A stretch of DNA of 63,483 nucleotides, the filler included. It is 5 parts of 5 records of this genome, joined end to end, with 100 filler letters (N's around TTAATTAATTAA, not from the genome) between each part and the next. Parts side by side here need not be neighbours in the genome. Positions count along the whole stretch, not along the records: positions 1 to 21,472 come from DRR723986_10802; positions 21,573 to 41,425 come from DRR723986_10806; 3 more parts are not named here. One strand, given 5' to 3'. The position numbers and the translations under genes were made by a program. Below, one piece after another: positions 10,642-21,602 of this stretch. How positions within the stretch are numbered: the first letter of the stretch is position 1; each line of letters starts with the position of its first letter. Under the pieces are notes generated by a model, which saw nothing but the letters and a program-made list of their open reading frames with translations, was not told where the DNA came from and did no database searches.

Positions 10642-11361
10642 CTATCGATTCAACGGCTGGTTGGATGGTGGCATTGCGATTTGCACGCCGCCAGTTTGAG
10701 TACCAACCGGAGGGGTTTGCCCTGGCTGAGCTCCCGCTTGTGGAGCGGGTTGCCCGGTAGGTTCTACACCAGCTCCAGCAATTGCTCGGTTGAGAGCAGC
10801 GGAGTCTTCGAAGTCGAGTACGAGTGGGGTTTCTAGTCCCTCGATATCAAGTGCGATGCCAGAGATCCGCCAAGCACCTTCTTCCATCCGAACTTCACAG
10901 ACAATTTCATTGTTGGTTGGAGTTGGGACGTCAGCCGTAGGTGGATCGATCCAGGTACTTTCTACAAGTGCGACGTCGGTTACACCCTCTTCGAAGGTGA
11001 CGCGTCCAATGGTGAATTTACCTTCAGGTGCACCCGGGGGCTGAAGCACGAAGAGCGACTTGGCAAGTTCTTCTCTTGCCTTAAGCGTCAAGACAGCGTT
11101 TGCTGCTTGTTCGTTGCCACGGCGAAGGCTATCCAGGAATATGGCGACAGTTTCACCGGCTGGCAGTGTTGCACCGTTCTGGACGATGTTCACTTTCATC
11201 GGTGGAGCTGTTGGCGTTGCAGCAGCTTGTGTGTTGGCGGCAGGTGTATTCTGAGCTGTCGGCTCGGTTGCTGAATCAGCACCGCCACCGCAGCCAGCGA
11301 CCGCGCCAGTCAGAGCTGCAATAGCTGCGAGTCCTTTCCAAGAAGTGATTCGCGTCGACAT
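10642..11361 (-). CDS. hypothetical lipoprotein
   Basis: From ATG 11361: signal peptide with lipobox AVAGC, an Ala/Pro/Thr linker, then a globular domain ending WRISGI. Confidence 0.7.
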   Translation of the reverse strand: MSTRITSWKGLAAIAALTGAVAGCGGGADSATEPTAQNTPAANTQAAATPTAPPMKVNIVQNGATLPAGETVAIFLDSLRRGNEQAANAVLTLKAREELAKSLFVLQPPGAPEGKFTIGRVTFEEGVTDVALVESTWIDPPTADVPTPTNNEIVCEVRMEEGAWRISGIALDIEGLETPLVLDFEDSAALNRAIAGAGVEPTGQPAPQAGAQPGQTPPVGTQTGGVQIAMPPSNQPLNR

Positions 11362-11728
11362 TTTTGGTTTCCTGTTCTGAAATTCGAAGTGAGCCTTCCG
11401 GCCCGACCAGGGTAACGTGGTCAGTTGATTCGTATTTGTCGAGGTTCTCACCAGGGGCTTCACACGTTGAACGCCAGGGTGATTCGTCTCGACGACCTTG
11501 CGAACGCCTTTCGGAACTCGCACAGTGATTGCTTCTAATGCTTTTACAGACTGGCGGTTGGCCGGGTCAACGCCGAAATAGTTCACGCGTGTTAGTGCCG
11601 ACAACCGTGCTTAACCTCACTGCAGAATTGCTAGCTTTGGTTGCGATGGCAAGTGCGAACCCGTCGGTGCGGAGGCGTCTCTTCTGTTTGGCAGTTGGGA
11701 AGCCGGGTGGCATGCTGATGAGAGTGGA

Positions 11729-12115
11729 ATGGCTAATCTGATTACGAACAAGCATAAGAAGCTCGAGCACGCTCGAAAGCCAACGGCGTTTTTGAAACGT
11801 CTATCCGCGCGACGTCTGCGAAGAAAGGCCCAACTTGAAATCGCAAGCACGAAGCGGCCTCCCGCCGCTCGATCAGCAAAGCTAGAAAAACGCAAACGAG
11901 CGGGGTACTGTCCGGTTTGCCTTGCCCGTCTGGCTAAGAATGCGCGAGGCACGCGTCACATCCGGGCTTGCCGGCAGTGTTCAGCACAAATCGCCCCTGA
12001 GTTGCGATGTGATCGTTGCGGAACGTATCGTGTTTGGCGTGGCGAGAAAGAATGCCGCTGCAAGGGCTGCGGGAACGTTGTCTCGGGGGAGTCAAGCGTT
12101 TCAAGTTGCCGCTGA
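11729..12115 (+). CDS. small basic protein with four CxxC motifs (double zinc-ribbon-like)
   Basis: CPVC, CRQC, CDRC and CKGC motifs; Lys/Arg-rich N-terminus; fills an intergenic gap. Confidence 0.55.
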   Translation: MANLITNKHKKLEHARKPTAFLKRLSARRLRRKAQLEIASTKRPPAARSAKLEKRKRAGYCPVCLARLAKNARGTRHIRACRQCSAQIAPELRCDRCGTYRVWRGEKECRCKGCGNVVSGESSVSSCR

Positions 12116-12250
12116 TGAAGTTCTACGCGTAATGAAATTGCAGCTTCCTTGCACCCCGCGGTCGTTTTCGCGGGGCTCTCAACCCTGTCGATTCCCGGGT
12201 GCCCAGAACCCTGTGACTCGGCCCTGAGCCGCTGGCTGTGTTCGAAGCTA

Positions 12251-13903
12251 CTAGCTGTGTTCGAACCAGAGATGCTGACGCCAGTTCTGATCGTCGGTCT
12301 CTGGATGGTCGCTGCGAAAGTGGACTCCGCGCGACTCCTCGCGGGCAAGGGCGGCGCGGGTCACCAAATGTGCGACAGTCAGCAGGTTCTGGAGCTCCCA
12401 GCCCTGTTCGGTTGCGAAAGTGGGCTGCAAGACATATTCGCTGTACTGCGCGATCTTGTCGATCGCCTTCAGAAGTTCGGCGCGGTTTCGCTGCACACCA
12501 ACACTGCGTTGCATCAGACTCTGAACCGCGTTTCGAATATCTGCAATATCCAGCAGCTTGCTGGAGGGGCGGGAGCTGACGTCGTTTTCAATTGGCAACG
12601 CGGAATAGTCATCGGGCGTCTCCCGGGCAGCTTGACCGGCCAACTCGCCAGCGCGAGCACCAAACACGACTCCTTCCAGAAGGCTGTTCGACGCCAGGCG
12701 GTTTGCGCCGTGCAGCCCCGAACTGGTCACTTCCCCGGCTGCCCAGAGTCCATCTAAACTGCTACGGCCATCTGTGTCGACAGCGATGCCACCAACCATG
12801 TAGTGAGCGCCCGGTCGCACCGGAATAGGGTCTTTTGTCGCGTCCAAGCTAAACTCCCGGCAAGCGGCGCAGAAGCCTGGGAACCCTTCTCGGACTTTCT
12901 CCGCGTCCATATGCTGAAGCGTCAGGTAAACACTCGGGTGCTGCGTCTTGGCCATCTGCTCAACGATTGCTTGGCTGACGACGTCCCGAGGAGCTAACTC
13001 CATACGATGATCGTAGTCTTCCATGAAACGCTGGCCGTTGCAGTCCAGCAAGTACGCTCCTGCACCTCGGACAGCTTCTGTGATCAAAGTACGTGAGCTT
13101 CCGGCGATGTAGAGGACCGTGGGGTGGAACTGCATGAATTCCATGTCACGTATCCGTGCTCCAGCGCGGTAGGCGATTGCATGCCCGTCACCGGTGGCGA
13201 CGACCGGATTAGTCGTCTCCCGATAAACCTGCCCGCAGCCACCGGTGCAAATAAGCGTCTGCTTGGCCCAGACGATCACAGGCGGTTGTTCGTTGCGAGA
13301 AATGACCGCTCCGTAGCACCGCTGCTGGTCACTGATCAGGTCGATGGTGAACGCCTGTTCCCAGATGTCTACGTTTTCTAGTTCGCGAGTTCGTTTAATG
13401 ACGGCCCGCATAATTTCTTTACCGGTCGCATCGCCAAGGGCGTGGATGATCCGTTGATGGCTATGACCACCTTCGCGGCCAAGCAACAGTTCGCCGCCGC
13501 GCGTATCAAAGTTCGTGCCCCATTGGATTAGCTCTTCGATGCGTCCCGGAGCATCACGAACGACTTTGTCGACGATATCACGATGGCAGAGATTCCCGCC
13601 GGCAGCCAGAGTGTCGTCGACGTGGTTTTCAAACTTGTCTTCTGGGCCCCAAACGCTGGCGATACCGCCCTGCGCGTAAGAGCTATTGCTTTCTTGAATG
13701 ACGTCTTTGGTGACCACCAGAGTACGGCAGTCCTCGCCGCAGGCATTCGCAGCCCGAAGTCCAGCCAACCCGCCGCCAATGATCAATACGTCAACGAAAT
13801 AGTGCGGCTGGCGTTTCGGATGAAAACCAACCAAGTAACGAGGCGTCTTCAGACCAGTTAATGCGGCTCTTGCATCCACAGGAATCGACGCGGAGGTTGA
13901 CAT
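12251..13903 (-). CDS. nadB: L-aspartate oxidase
   Basis: IIGGGLAG FAD motif, SNSSYAQGGIA, EGGHSHQRIIH, QFHPT, LHGANRLASNSLLEG, REESRGVHFRSD. Confidence 0.97.
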   Translation of the reverse strand: MSTSASIPVDARAALTGLKTPRYLVGFHPKRQPHYFVDVLIIGGGLAGLRAANACGEDCRTLVVTKDVIQESNSSYAQGGIASVWGPEDKFENHVDDTLAAGGNLCHRDIVDKVVRDAPGRIEELIQWGTNFDTRGGELLLGREGGHSHQRIIHALGDATGKEIMRAVIKRTRELENVDIWEQAFTIDLISDQQRCYGAVISRNEQPPVIVWAKQTLICTGGCGQVYRETTNPVVATGDGHAIAYRAGARIRDMEFMQFHPTVLYIAGSSRTLITEAVRGAGAYLLDCNGQRFMEDYDHRMELAPRDVVSQAIVEQMAKTQHPSVYLTLQHMDAEKVREGFPGFCAACREFSLDATKDPIPVRPGAHYMVGGIAVDTDGRSSLDGLWAAGEVTSSGLHGANRLASNSLLEGVVFGARAGELAGQAARETPDDYSALPIENDVSSRPSSKLLDIADIRNAVQSLMQRSVGVQRNRAELLKAIDKIAQYSEYVLQPTFATEQGWELQNLLTVAHLVTRAALAREESRGVHFRSDHPETDDQNWRQHLWFEHS

Positions 13904-14067
13904 GGCAGGCCGGAAAGCAGTTGGAGTTGTGCGGCGCGGGCGAACGGGCGAACTGGAAATCTTAACCGGTGGCGCTACTAACGGGAAACAGGCCAGCAGT
14001 GAAAATCCTGCTTGGCCTGTCGTGAGGTGCTTCGATTATGTGGCGAGATGCGGTTAGTCTGCGGCGG

Positions 14068-17000
14068 CTATTGGGCTTCCACCAAGATTGCCCAGTCGCT
14101 GTGTTTGCCCCCAAGTGCATCCGTCGTCACAGAGTTGTCTCCCTGAGGCGGATTGCCCAAGTCGACCGTGCTTCCGCCCGTGACCAAGCTGATCGAGCCA
14201 GTCTGGAGAGTTCCGCCGGTGCGCGGGTTGTACCATCGCACTTGGAATTCGCCATTCGCGTTGCTGAGATCCAACTTCACTGGACCAGCTTCGGCGATGT
14301 AGACAACGTATTGCTTGCCCACGTCGGCGAGACAGTACTTCGAGTTGCCGTGTTCTGCATTGCCGACCAACTCGTCGGCAGGGTCGACATCAGCGACATT
14401 TACGTGCTGACGCATGAACTCAAGAGCGAGTCGGCAGTAGTCCCACGAACGATCGCGACTCCGCCAGTCTTCACACACAAGGTCGTTTTCGACGTACTTG
14501 TATCCAAAGTAGTACTCAACTCCGCCGCCGCCACCCATGAGCGTTCCCCATAGGGTTTGTTTGCGGACGGCGTGTTCGGTGTATGTCATTTTGCCCGAGT
14601 TGTCTTTGCCGTCGTAGCCCTTGTAACCGAGGTCGGGACATTGGGCATGAGCGGCTGTGCCGGATTCGTCAAAGGCAACCACCCACGGCTTGTTCGCCTC
14701 GGTTGAAGCTTCAACCCATTTGACGGTTTGAACGTGAGTGTCGGCGATCGAGCTGTTTTGGAGACTCAAGCCAGTCAGTTTTGATGCGTCGCCCAACAGC
14801 GGCTTGTACTGTTTGTCCTGCTGCCCTGGGAAGGTGTGCATGACGCGATTATGGTCGTATGGGTCGACGAAATCGATGAAGTCGAGCATGTCGTTGACCT
14901 GAGTGGTCGTCTGCGTGTTCTCTTCGCCCAGGTTCCAGTTCAACGCTAAGTTATGCCCGAATCGAGCGACTAGTTCACGAATGTACAACCGTCGCTGTGG
15001 TCCGAGGTCTCCGCCGTCGAGCGACTCAGGGACTCCGACGATCTTGTCGCTGGTGCCCTTCCGGTGATCGTCGCTCTCGTTTTCCTGCATCTTAAAGTGC
15101 AGGTACATTCCTTTGTGCGTACCATGTTCGAAGACAATTGCCCATTGATCCAGTTTACTGCAGTCATAGTGCATTTTGTCGTTTCGCTGAATGAATGGCC
15201 AGACGTTGTCGCCATCGCCACCAGCGTTGTATGTCAAGAACGAAAACGCATTGCATCCTTTACCGCTGAGGTAGTTGATCGCACCGATCAGCCCCTTGCC
15301 TTTGCCGTCTGCCCAGGTCGGATCTGCACTGGTCCAATCACCCAGATGCGGCTTGAACGACTTCAGTGGAACCTTGGCAGGCTTTCCGGCGACGGTGCCA
15401 TCAAAGTCCTCGTAACCCAGCAGCGTTTCTGGTGCGTCAGCGCCTGCCTTCACAAAGTAGGCTTTCGAACCCAAGTGTTGAAGGTACCGCTTGCCGACAT
15501 ACGCCAAGCGACCGTGTGCTCGCAAGTCGACACCGGTCTTGTCCGTTGCGGCGATTTCAAAGGTGCCGGTCTTGCCATCACATGCACTGACTTTCTTGGC
15601 CTTGGCGTCAGGGTAGAGAGCGCATCCCTTGCCCTGAGCAAAATGGGTTGTGTAGGTCCATTTGCCGGTTAGCTCGGGTGCGAAGTGTGCTCGCCAAACC
15701 GTACCGGATTCAGCGGATGAGTTTGCGGCGTTGCCATCTGCGGCAAAGTAGCCGGGGACAAGATGCTTCACACCAGAGGAGTGAACAAATTCAACCTGGT
15801 AACGCAAGTCGGTGAATGGGTTTGGTGCATTGTCCTGCTCGTGAGCGAACGGGCCGTCGACATCGACGGTGACCTTGTGCCACTGCTTCAATTCTCCTGA
15901 AACCGTAACGGCACCTGAACCATCGGGCTTACGTGGTTTCTGCAGTGGAGCGTCGCTGACGTTGACCGTTGGGGCGACAATTTTCTTTGCGGCTGGCGTG
16001 GGAGCCTGACGAGCGAGTTCGGCGGACGTCGCTTTGCGAGTTGCTTCGTCGGCAGGCCTGAAGGCAACGGCGGACCAGCGTGCACGACTGAATTCGTCGC
16101 CGTCCTTGGAAGCGATTTGCGATGCGACTCCAATGATTGCACCGGAGGTGATTTCAACACCTTTGAAGGTTACATGGTATTTCGGCCCTTCCTCGAACAT
16201 TTCGGTCGAGAGTGGACAAGTGAAATCGCCGATTTTCTCGCTGTCTACTGTTACTGAATAAGTGCTACTTCCATCATTCTCGCCGACGGCACGCAAGGTC
16301 ACGTCGTACTTGCCGGACGGATAAGGGAAAGTTGCTTTGGTCGACGCCTCTTTGTTGCGGTCTGGATTGATTGCCATCCACTTTCTGTCGTGCAGATAGT
16401 AGCCTGTACCGTCCACGGGAAAGGCGGCGGGCAGCATCAGAAGGCTTCCTTTGCCGAGCGACTTCTTCGACGCGGCTTGGGCAACTTGCTTTGCTGTTCG
16501 CTCTGGCACTGCAACTAAAGGATATGTCTGTGGGCGATCGCCTGAATGAACCACTGGGGCAACTCCAACACCATCGGGGCGATCAAAGTTGCGATCCTTC
16601 GTCATGATCCACTTATCGAATTCGAAGCCATCCTCCCGCATCGAGAATGCGATAACGTGCTCTCCCGGTGTCTCGACGTCCAAGAATATCTTGTGAGGCT
16701 CGCCGCAGTGCTGTTTCTCGGTCCGTTGTTTACTTTCCCAGAACCACTGTTGTTTGCCTGCGCACCACTGGAGGCGCTGACCTGAGCTTGGCCAGTTGCC
16801 GTCCAAGCCAACGTGCAGACCGTTATCTTCCGAGCCAGTCGAGTGGGCTCGGACCCAAACGTAGTACCGCCCCGGTGTACTGAAGTGCACTTTGTACTCA
16901 AGGACGGCCATCTTGCCAGCCTCAGGGGAGAAGTTGACGCCCCTGGTCAGCTTGTCGGCGTGGGTCCGTCGAGTATCGGGAAGGATCTCCAGATAGGCTC

Positions 17001-17256
17001 CATTGCTGGCACCGCCAACGTGCGATGGGTCACCATCGGGTTTGACTTCGGGCGTTCGACTGGAAGTCGTAAGGTGCCAGGAACGGACGTCCATCTGAGA
17101 CTGACGGAAGAAGTGCTCGGCTTCTACTGCGACGATCCCACCTGTCTCCTTGAAGACGGTTGGCTCAAGAGCGAGCGTGGGCGCAGCTGACGAGAGCAGG
17201 GAGATACATCCGAGAGCGAAACAGCAATATTTCATAACCGCACCGTGATTCAGCAT
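14068..17256 (-). CDS. large secreted multidomain protein (beta-sandwich modules + DUF5060 + putative glycoside-hydrolase barrel + collagen-binding-like C-terminal domain)
   Basis: Signal peptide; EAEHF module; [10 protein letters not shown]...PGYFAADG...WRAHFAP (DUF5060-like); NWNLGEEN and FDESG acidic motifs; [10 protein letters not shown]-terminal domain. Confidence 0.75.
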   Translation of the reverse strand: MLNHGAVMKYCCFALGCISLLSSAAPTLALEPTVFKETGGIVAVEAEHFFRQSQMDVRSWHLTTSSRTPEVKPDGDPSHVGGASNGAYLEILPDTRRTHADKLTRGVNFSPEAGKMAVLEYKVHFSTPGRYYVWVRAHSTGSEDNGLHVGLDGNWPSSGQRLQWCAGKQQWFWESKQRTEKQHCGEPHKIFLDVETPGEHVIAFSMREDGFEFDKWIMTKDRNFDRPDGVGVAPVVHSGDRPQTYPLVAVPERTAKQVAQAASKKSLGKGSLLMLPAAFPVDGTGYYLHDRKWMAINPDRNKEASTKATFPYPSGKYDVTLRAVGENDGSSTYSVTVDSEKIGDFTCPLSTEMFEEGPKYHVTFKGVEITSGAIIGVASQIASKDGDEFSRARWSAVAFRPADEATRKATSAELARQAPTPAAKKIVAPTVNVSDAPLQKPRKPDGSGAVTVSGELKQWHKVTVDVDGPFAHEQDNAPNPFTDLRYQVEFVHSSGVKHLVPGYFAADGNAANSSAESGTVWRAHFAPELTGKWTYTTHFAQGKGCALYPDAKAKKVSACDGKTGTFEIAATDKTGVDLRAHGRLAYVGKRYLQHLGSKAYFVKAGADAPETLLGYEDFDGTVAGKPAKVPLKSFKPHLGDWTSADPTWADGKGKGLIGAINYLSGKGCNAFSFLTYNAGGDGDNVWPFIQRNDKMHYDCSKLDQWAIVFEHGTHKGMYLHFKMQENESDDHRKGTSDKIVGVPESLDGGDLGPQRRLYIRELVARFGHNLALNWNLGEENTQTTTQVNDMLDFIDFVDPYDHNRVMHTFPGQQDKQYKPLLGDASKLTGLSLQNSSIADTHVQTVKWVEASTEANKPWVVAFDESGTAAHAQCPDLGYKGYDGKDNSGKMTYTEHAVRKQTLWGTLMGGGGGVEYYFGYKYVENDLVCEDWRSRDRSWDYCRLALEFMRQHVNVADVDPADELVGNAEHGNSKYCLADVGKQYVVYIAEAGPVKLDLSNANGEFQVRWYNPRTGGTLQTGSISLVTGGSTVDLGNPPQGDNSVTTDALGGKHSDWAILVEAQ

Positions 17257-17825
17257 CTTGCAAAGCTAGTCCCCAGCCAACACCCTGGCCGCTTCCGGTC
17301 GGTAACGGCTCTTAGAATCGCACAGGGCTAGTGAATGGGCAAACAAATAACCCTCGGCCAATCAACTCAGGGGCCAATTAACCCGACGACACGAGGGACT
17401 TTCGCAGAGTTTACCCGAGCGAGCATTAGATTGAAATTAATCAATCTCTAAATTTCGTTCGTCCGTGCCGAATGAAGTCCTGGCCGCAATCTCCGCGACT
17501 TTGGGGGGCTGACGTTCCCTCGAGGTCGACTGTGGCGCGGGATAGCAAGCTGAAGAAGCGAGCTTGGCCGTGACGCGTCGAGAACGGAAGCCGCAAGTCC
17601 GCTCGTTCTTCTGCCACTGGTTCTGCGGCATTCCGCGGTGCATTAGCGGCATAATCGTTTCAGCTTGTCACTTCCGAAGGCGAGATTGCTTGGATCGGCA
17701 ACCGAGCAAGCAATTCCTGCTACCCAATGATCCCGGCGGGGTACCCTCTCTCGGCGAAGTCCTGGTCAGCTTGCTGAGTCGGCTGTCGCGTCGCAAACCT
17801 CTTATTGACTGGAAGCGAAACGCAC

Positions 17826-18362
17826 ATGAATGCCCCTGCCCTAAGCAAGCGATCTTCCATTAGCCAGCCCCGCCGTCTGTACGGTGCGTTTCAGTCCGAG
17901 CGCAATCTGTCATCGGCAGACAAGGCACGGCCGGAAGCTGGTTCCTCTTTCGCGGCCAGCTATGATCCTGGTGAAGTCAAAGCTGAACTGGCATCACTGT
18001 GTCGCCGCTACGGCGCGAGGCACATTTCAACCTGGACAATGAATCCGTCCACCAATCGCGAACCGGTTGTTGCGACAGTTGATGAATCAGAAGTTTTGCA
18101 TCCCGCTTGGACGGCGGACGTGGAGGATAACTCCGAAGTAGCCCTGCGAACTAGAAATCGAACGACTCGCACGATTGATACTGAGCCAGCCTTGGTTGTC
18201 GTGTCTCAGGTGCTGCCTTATGACAACTCCCAGGTCGTGAGCTTCGTCTTTCCAAAGTCTCACCTCGTCGACAACGTCGAACTCCTGCACGAGGGACTCG
18301 ACCACGCGACTGCCCGAGTCGCAATCGTTGCACTTCGCAAAGAACTGCACCGCCAGGGGTAG
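17826..18362 (+). CDS. hypothetical protein
   Basis: About 178-aa ORF convergent with tetR; no recognisable motif. Confidence 0.45.
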   Translation: MNAPALSKRSSISQPRRLYGAFQSERNLSSADKARPEAGSSFAASYDPGEVKAELASLCRRYGARHISTWTMNPSTNREPVVATVDESEVLHPAWTADVEDNSEVALRTRNRTTRTIDTEPALVVVSQVLPYDNSQVVSFVFPKSHLVDNVELLHEGLDHATARVAIVALRKELHRQG

Positions 18363-18390
18363 CCTTTAGGTACGTCTTGGACGGCAGTCG

Positions 18391-19038
18391 TTAGGCCAAT
18401 TCGGGCGTTACCAAGTAGCCGTAGAGTGTGTCGGCGCATTGGTCGGCGAAGCGCTGGCCTTTGGGTTTGAAGAGCGTGCCAGGTGCTTCGTCCTCAAAGA
18501 GCCCCTTCTCAATCATGATCGAATTGAAAAAGTAGCACGCAAACGCAGTCGCCGTTGCAATGTCTTGCCGCCGTACTTCAGCTCTAAAGTAGTCAAGAAT
18601 CTGGCGAATAGAGTCCTGAGAAGCGTCCTCGTACGCTTGCCAGGCAGTGCCACTAGCGATTTCGGGATTCAGTCTCACGTGCAAGTGAACAGCCCTCAAC
18701 AGGTGAGCCTCCCGCTTTAGAAGCTTCCACGAGTGGCGAAAGACTTTACGAAGTGCAGATCGCAAATCGTCATCCGCATCGAGTTCAATTCGCCCGCTTC
18801 CTGCCATCCAATCTTCCAGGTGTTTCTGGTAGATCTCCAGCAGAACAGGTAGCAACGCTTCCTTGTTCTTAAACCGCTGGTAGACCGTGCCAACAGCAAC
18901 GCCCGCCTCCTTGGCGAGAGCAGCGACGGTCACTTTGTCAAATGCCTGGTCACGCAGCAGTGTGTCCAAAGCACACACTATTTTTTCGCGGGCGGCGCGC
19001 GAGCGTGCTTGCTGAGCTGGCTTTTCCCCTGAGTTCAT
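18391..19038 (-). CDS. TetR/AcrR-family transcriptional regulator
   Basis: QQARSRAAREKI...VTVAALAKEAGVAVGTVYQRFKNKEALL HTH; ATG 19038. Confidence 0.93.
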   Translation of the reverse strand: MNSGEKPAQQARSRAAREKIVCALDTLLRDQAFDKVTVAALAKEAGVAVGTVYQRFKNKEALLPVLLEIYQKHLEDWMAGSGRIELDADDDLRSALRKVFRHSWKLLKREAHLLRAVHLHVRLNPEIASGTAWQAYEDASQDSIRQILDYFRAEVRRQDIATATAFACYFFNSIMIEKGLFEDEAPGTLFKPKGQRFADQCADTLYGYLVTPELA

Positions 19039-19227
19039 GCTGCTGTCCTTCGAGTTGTAGGCAATATCTAAGCGTATTGCATGCGAGTTGGGGTGCCAAG
19101 CTGTGCTGCGTGTCGGGTTCTTTACCAATCGAAGCAATCTGCCACTGCGATTTCGTGTCTGCTCGACTGTAGAGAGCTTCAGGCATTTTCCGTTGCAGTC
19201 TTTACATACAAAATCGCCTCGCTAAAC

Positions 19228-19247
19228 TGAAGGTGAATTCGGGTTCA
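19228..19247. promoter_or_regulatory. interrupted palindrome TGAA-N3-GAATTC-N3-TTCA, candidate TetR operator
   Basis: Dyad symmetry just upstream of the CPBP gene, between the divergent tetR and CPBP genes. Confidence 0.5.
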
Positions 19248-20116
19248 TGTTAGCAGTTTGGAGTTCAGCAATGGTAAACGAAGCGAGTCACACTGGTTCA
19301 ATTGAGGGTAAGGGTGAACAGTCGCACTGGAGCTGGTTGAGTACCTGCAAGTCCATCGCCGTGCCCGTCGCTTGCTTTCTGGTCTACGAAGCGATCCTGC
19401 GTTCCTTGGTGAAGTTCCCTGATGATGCCGACTGGAGCCTTGCGTTCTTTTCATTAGGGCTGGCGGCTTTGATATTGGTCTGGACGGTTGCCAAACGACA
19501 ATTTGAGCAAGCCGGTTGGCGCACTCCGCAGGGCCTCTCTTCGCTCTGGGTTGCTGGGCCGCTTTGGTTGGGGGTGATTTCTCCCCTGGCTATCGCGATT
19601 TCGTTCTTCGGTGAACATCCTGAGAAAGTCCTTCCTCTCGCGATGACTTCGGTGCTCGTGGCGTTCAACGAGGAGACGCTCTTCCGTGGCTTTATGCTCG
19701 GCGGGTTGCGACGATCGCTAGCCGCCGTTCCGGCAGCGTTTCTTTCATCGCTCGCCTTTGGTGCGATGCACTATCTCAATTTGCTGGAAGGAGCAGATTT
19801 CACCTTCGTCACCGGACAAGCCTGTGCCGCCGCAGGCGTGGGGCTAATCATGTCGGCGATGACGATTCGTTCCGAGAGTATCGTGCCCGCGATGTTGTTC
19901 CACACCGCGATGGATTTCGTCGGTCTCGGGGCATTGGAAGGCTACGATAATGCCATGCAACAATCGCAGCTCGCGACGCAGATGGTTGTTACAGGCGTGC
20001 TATTCGGCGCCTGGGGACTATTCTGGTGCTGGCGAATCGACCGACGCGATGCACGTCAAGGCGTCACCACCGAGACAGACGTGTCAAACTTGACTTCCGC
20101 GTCGGCACAACACTAG
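19247..20116 (+). CDS. CPBP (CAAX/Abi) family intramembrane metalloprotease
   Basis: FNEETLFRG, FGAMH and MLFHTAMD motifs; multi-TM; alternative start ATG 19271. Confidence 0.9.
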   Translation: MLAVWSSAMVNEASHTGSIEGKGEQSHWSWLSTCKSIAVPVACFLVYEAILRSLVKFPDDADWSLAFFSLGLAALILVWTVAKRQFEQAGWRTPQGLSSLWVAGPLWLGVISPLAIAISFFGEHPEKVLPLAMTSVLVAFNEETLFRGFMLGGLRRSLAAVPAAFLSSLAFGAMHYLNLLEGADFTFVTGQACAAAGVGLIMSAMTIRSESIVPAMLFHTAMDFVGLGALEGYDNAMQQSQLATQMVVTGVLFGAWGLFWCWRIDRRDARQGVTTETDVSNLTSASAQH

Positions 20117-20158
20117 AGCTGGGGGAGAATTAGACTGACTAGTGCATTGGGCCAAAGG

Positions 20159-21472
20159 TCATTGGGCCGCGGATGCGGCAGCACCGGTTTCTCGGATGCA
20201 ATACAGCGTTTCTTGGGTGCGTAGTATCAGGCGGTCGCCAGCGATGGCGGGTGTCGACATGGTGAAGTCGCCGAGTGGGTTGACGCGAAGTAGCTTGTAC
20301 TCGTCACTGGCCTGCAAGACGTACGTGTCCCCTTGTTCGCTCAGGCAAAAGACACGGTCGTTGTAGGCCCAAGGGCTCGACGTAATCGTAGGACTCTGGT
20401 TGCCGAGCCGGTGCTTGTAGACAGTCTTTCCGTTGGAAGCGTCCAGCTTGGTGATGATGCCTTTGTCATCCAGGACGTAGATCCCGCCTTTGTATGCGAC
20501 GGGGGTTGGGATGTAAGTTCCTGTTCTGGGAGCGGTCCAACTGATAAAATCACTAACCTTGTCGCCGGTCGCTTGAATCTCGCCAGTAGCTCCTGGCTTG
20601 ATCGCAAATATGGGGCTTCGTTTTCCGCCGTTGAGAATCAAGTGCTCGCCGACTGCGAAAGAGCTCGCCGCCGGGGCGACCGTCATTCCCTTCATCCTCC
20701 AAAGCTCTTCGCCACTGGTGTCGTAGCTGATCGCAACTCCAGGTTGCATGGTGACGATCTCGGTTCGAAGCTTGTTGTGCCATACATACGGAGTCACCCA
20801 GCCAGACTTCGGCGCAGGGCCAGGTGAGCTCTTAAGCTCGGCGGGTTTGCGAGTCGTTCTCCAGCGCTCGGTGCCGTCGGAGGTATTGAATGCGGCGATG
20901 AAGGCATTTTCTTCGTTGTCGTTGACGATGATTAATTGATCGTCGCAGAGAACCGGAGAGCTCCCGGTGCCGAATTCCAAGTAGATGGGATAGGCCTTCA
21001 GCTTCGTCGTCCAGGCTCGAGTGCCGTCCATGTTGTATGCGTACAGCCCGAGGCCAGCGATGTAGACGTAAACACGCTTGCCATCGGTTACAGGAGTTTC
21101 AGAGGCGAAGCTATTCTTTCGGTGCCGTCCGCCAGCGGGGTGCCCAGCATAGAATTCATCTTTCCAAAGGGGTTCGCCGGTGTCTAGGTCGAGGCAGTAG
21201 ATCCAGAAGTGCAAGTTGACCTCGGATGCCAGCTCGAAGTCACGCTCCTGCACTTTCTTCATCAGCTCTTCGCCGCTCAGTCCTTGCTTGGTAAGTTCAG
21301 CGACGTATTCATTGCTGTAATCGGTCCCAGCTTGTGGTGGCTTGGACTCTCCGTCCGTGATGGCTGTTGTCACGAAGATTTTGCCACCAGAGACGATTGG
21401 CGAAGACCACCCTCGTCCCGGCAAATCAACGGACCATTCAATGTTCTCACGACTTGGGTTCTCACGACTTGG
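20159..21472 (-). CDS. PQQ-binding-like beta-propeller repeat protein (5'-truncated by contig end)
   Basis: PGRGWSSPIV, NSFASETPVTDG, GTGSSPV, YIPTPV and STPAIAGDRLILRT repeats typical of Planctomycete BamB/PQQ-like propellers. Confidence 0.88.
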   Translation of the reverse strand, partial: PSRENPSRENIEWSVDLPGRGWSSPIVSGGKIFVTTAITDGESKPPQAGTDYSNEYVAELTKQGLSGEELMKKVQERDFELASEVNLHFWIYCLDLDTGEPLWKDEFYAGHPAGGRHRKNSFASETPVTDGKRVYVYIAGLGLYAYNMDGTRAWTTKLKAYPIYLEFGTGSSPVLCDDQLIIVNDNEENAFIAAFNTSDGTERWRTTRKPAELKSSPGPAPKSGWVTPYVWHNKLRTEIVTMQPGVAISYDTSGEELWRMKGMTVAPAASSFAVGEHLILNGGKRSPIFAIKPGATGEIQATGDKVSDFISWTAPRTGTYIPTPVAYKGGIYVLDDKGIITKLDASNGKTVYKHRLGNQSPTITSSPWAYNDRVFCLSEQGDTYVLQASDEYKLLRVNPLGDFTMSTPAIAGDRLILRTQETLYCIRETGAAASAAQ

Positions 21473-21572
21473 NNNNNNNNNNNNNNNNNNNNNNNNNNNN
21501 NNNNNNNNNNNNNNNNTTAATTAATTAANNNNNNNNNNNNNNNNNNNNNNNNNNNNNNNNNNNNNNNNNNNN
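21473..21572. other. artificial contig spacer
   Basis: N44-TTAATTAATTAA-N44. Confidence 0.99.
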
Positions 21573-21602
21573 TGCCGGGTCACTTCTCAATGGAAATCAA
21601 CA
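21573..21602 (-). mobile_element. IS21-family terminal inverted repeat at the contig edge
   Basis: Minus strand reads TGTTGATTTCCATTGAGAAGTGACCCGG, which resembles alphaproteobacterial IS21 ends; it starts exactly where IS110 transposase homology breaks. Confidence 0.6.

Noticed and set aside
21443-21472. 15-nt tandem duplication GTTCTCACGACTTGG x2
   Set aside because: Only two copies, exactly at a contig end and inside a CDS; most likely an assembly-edge artefact
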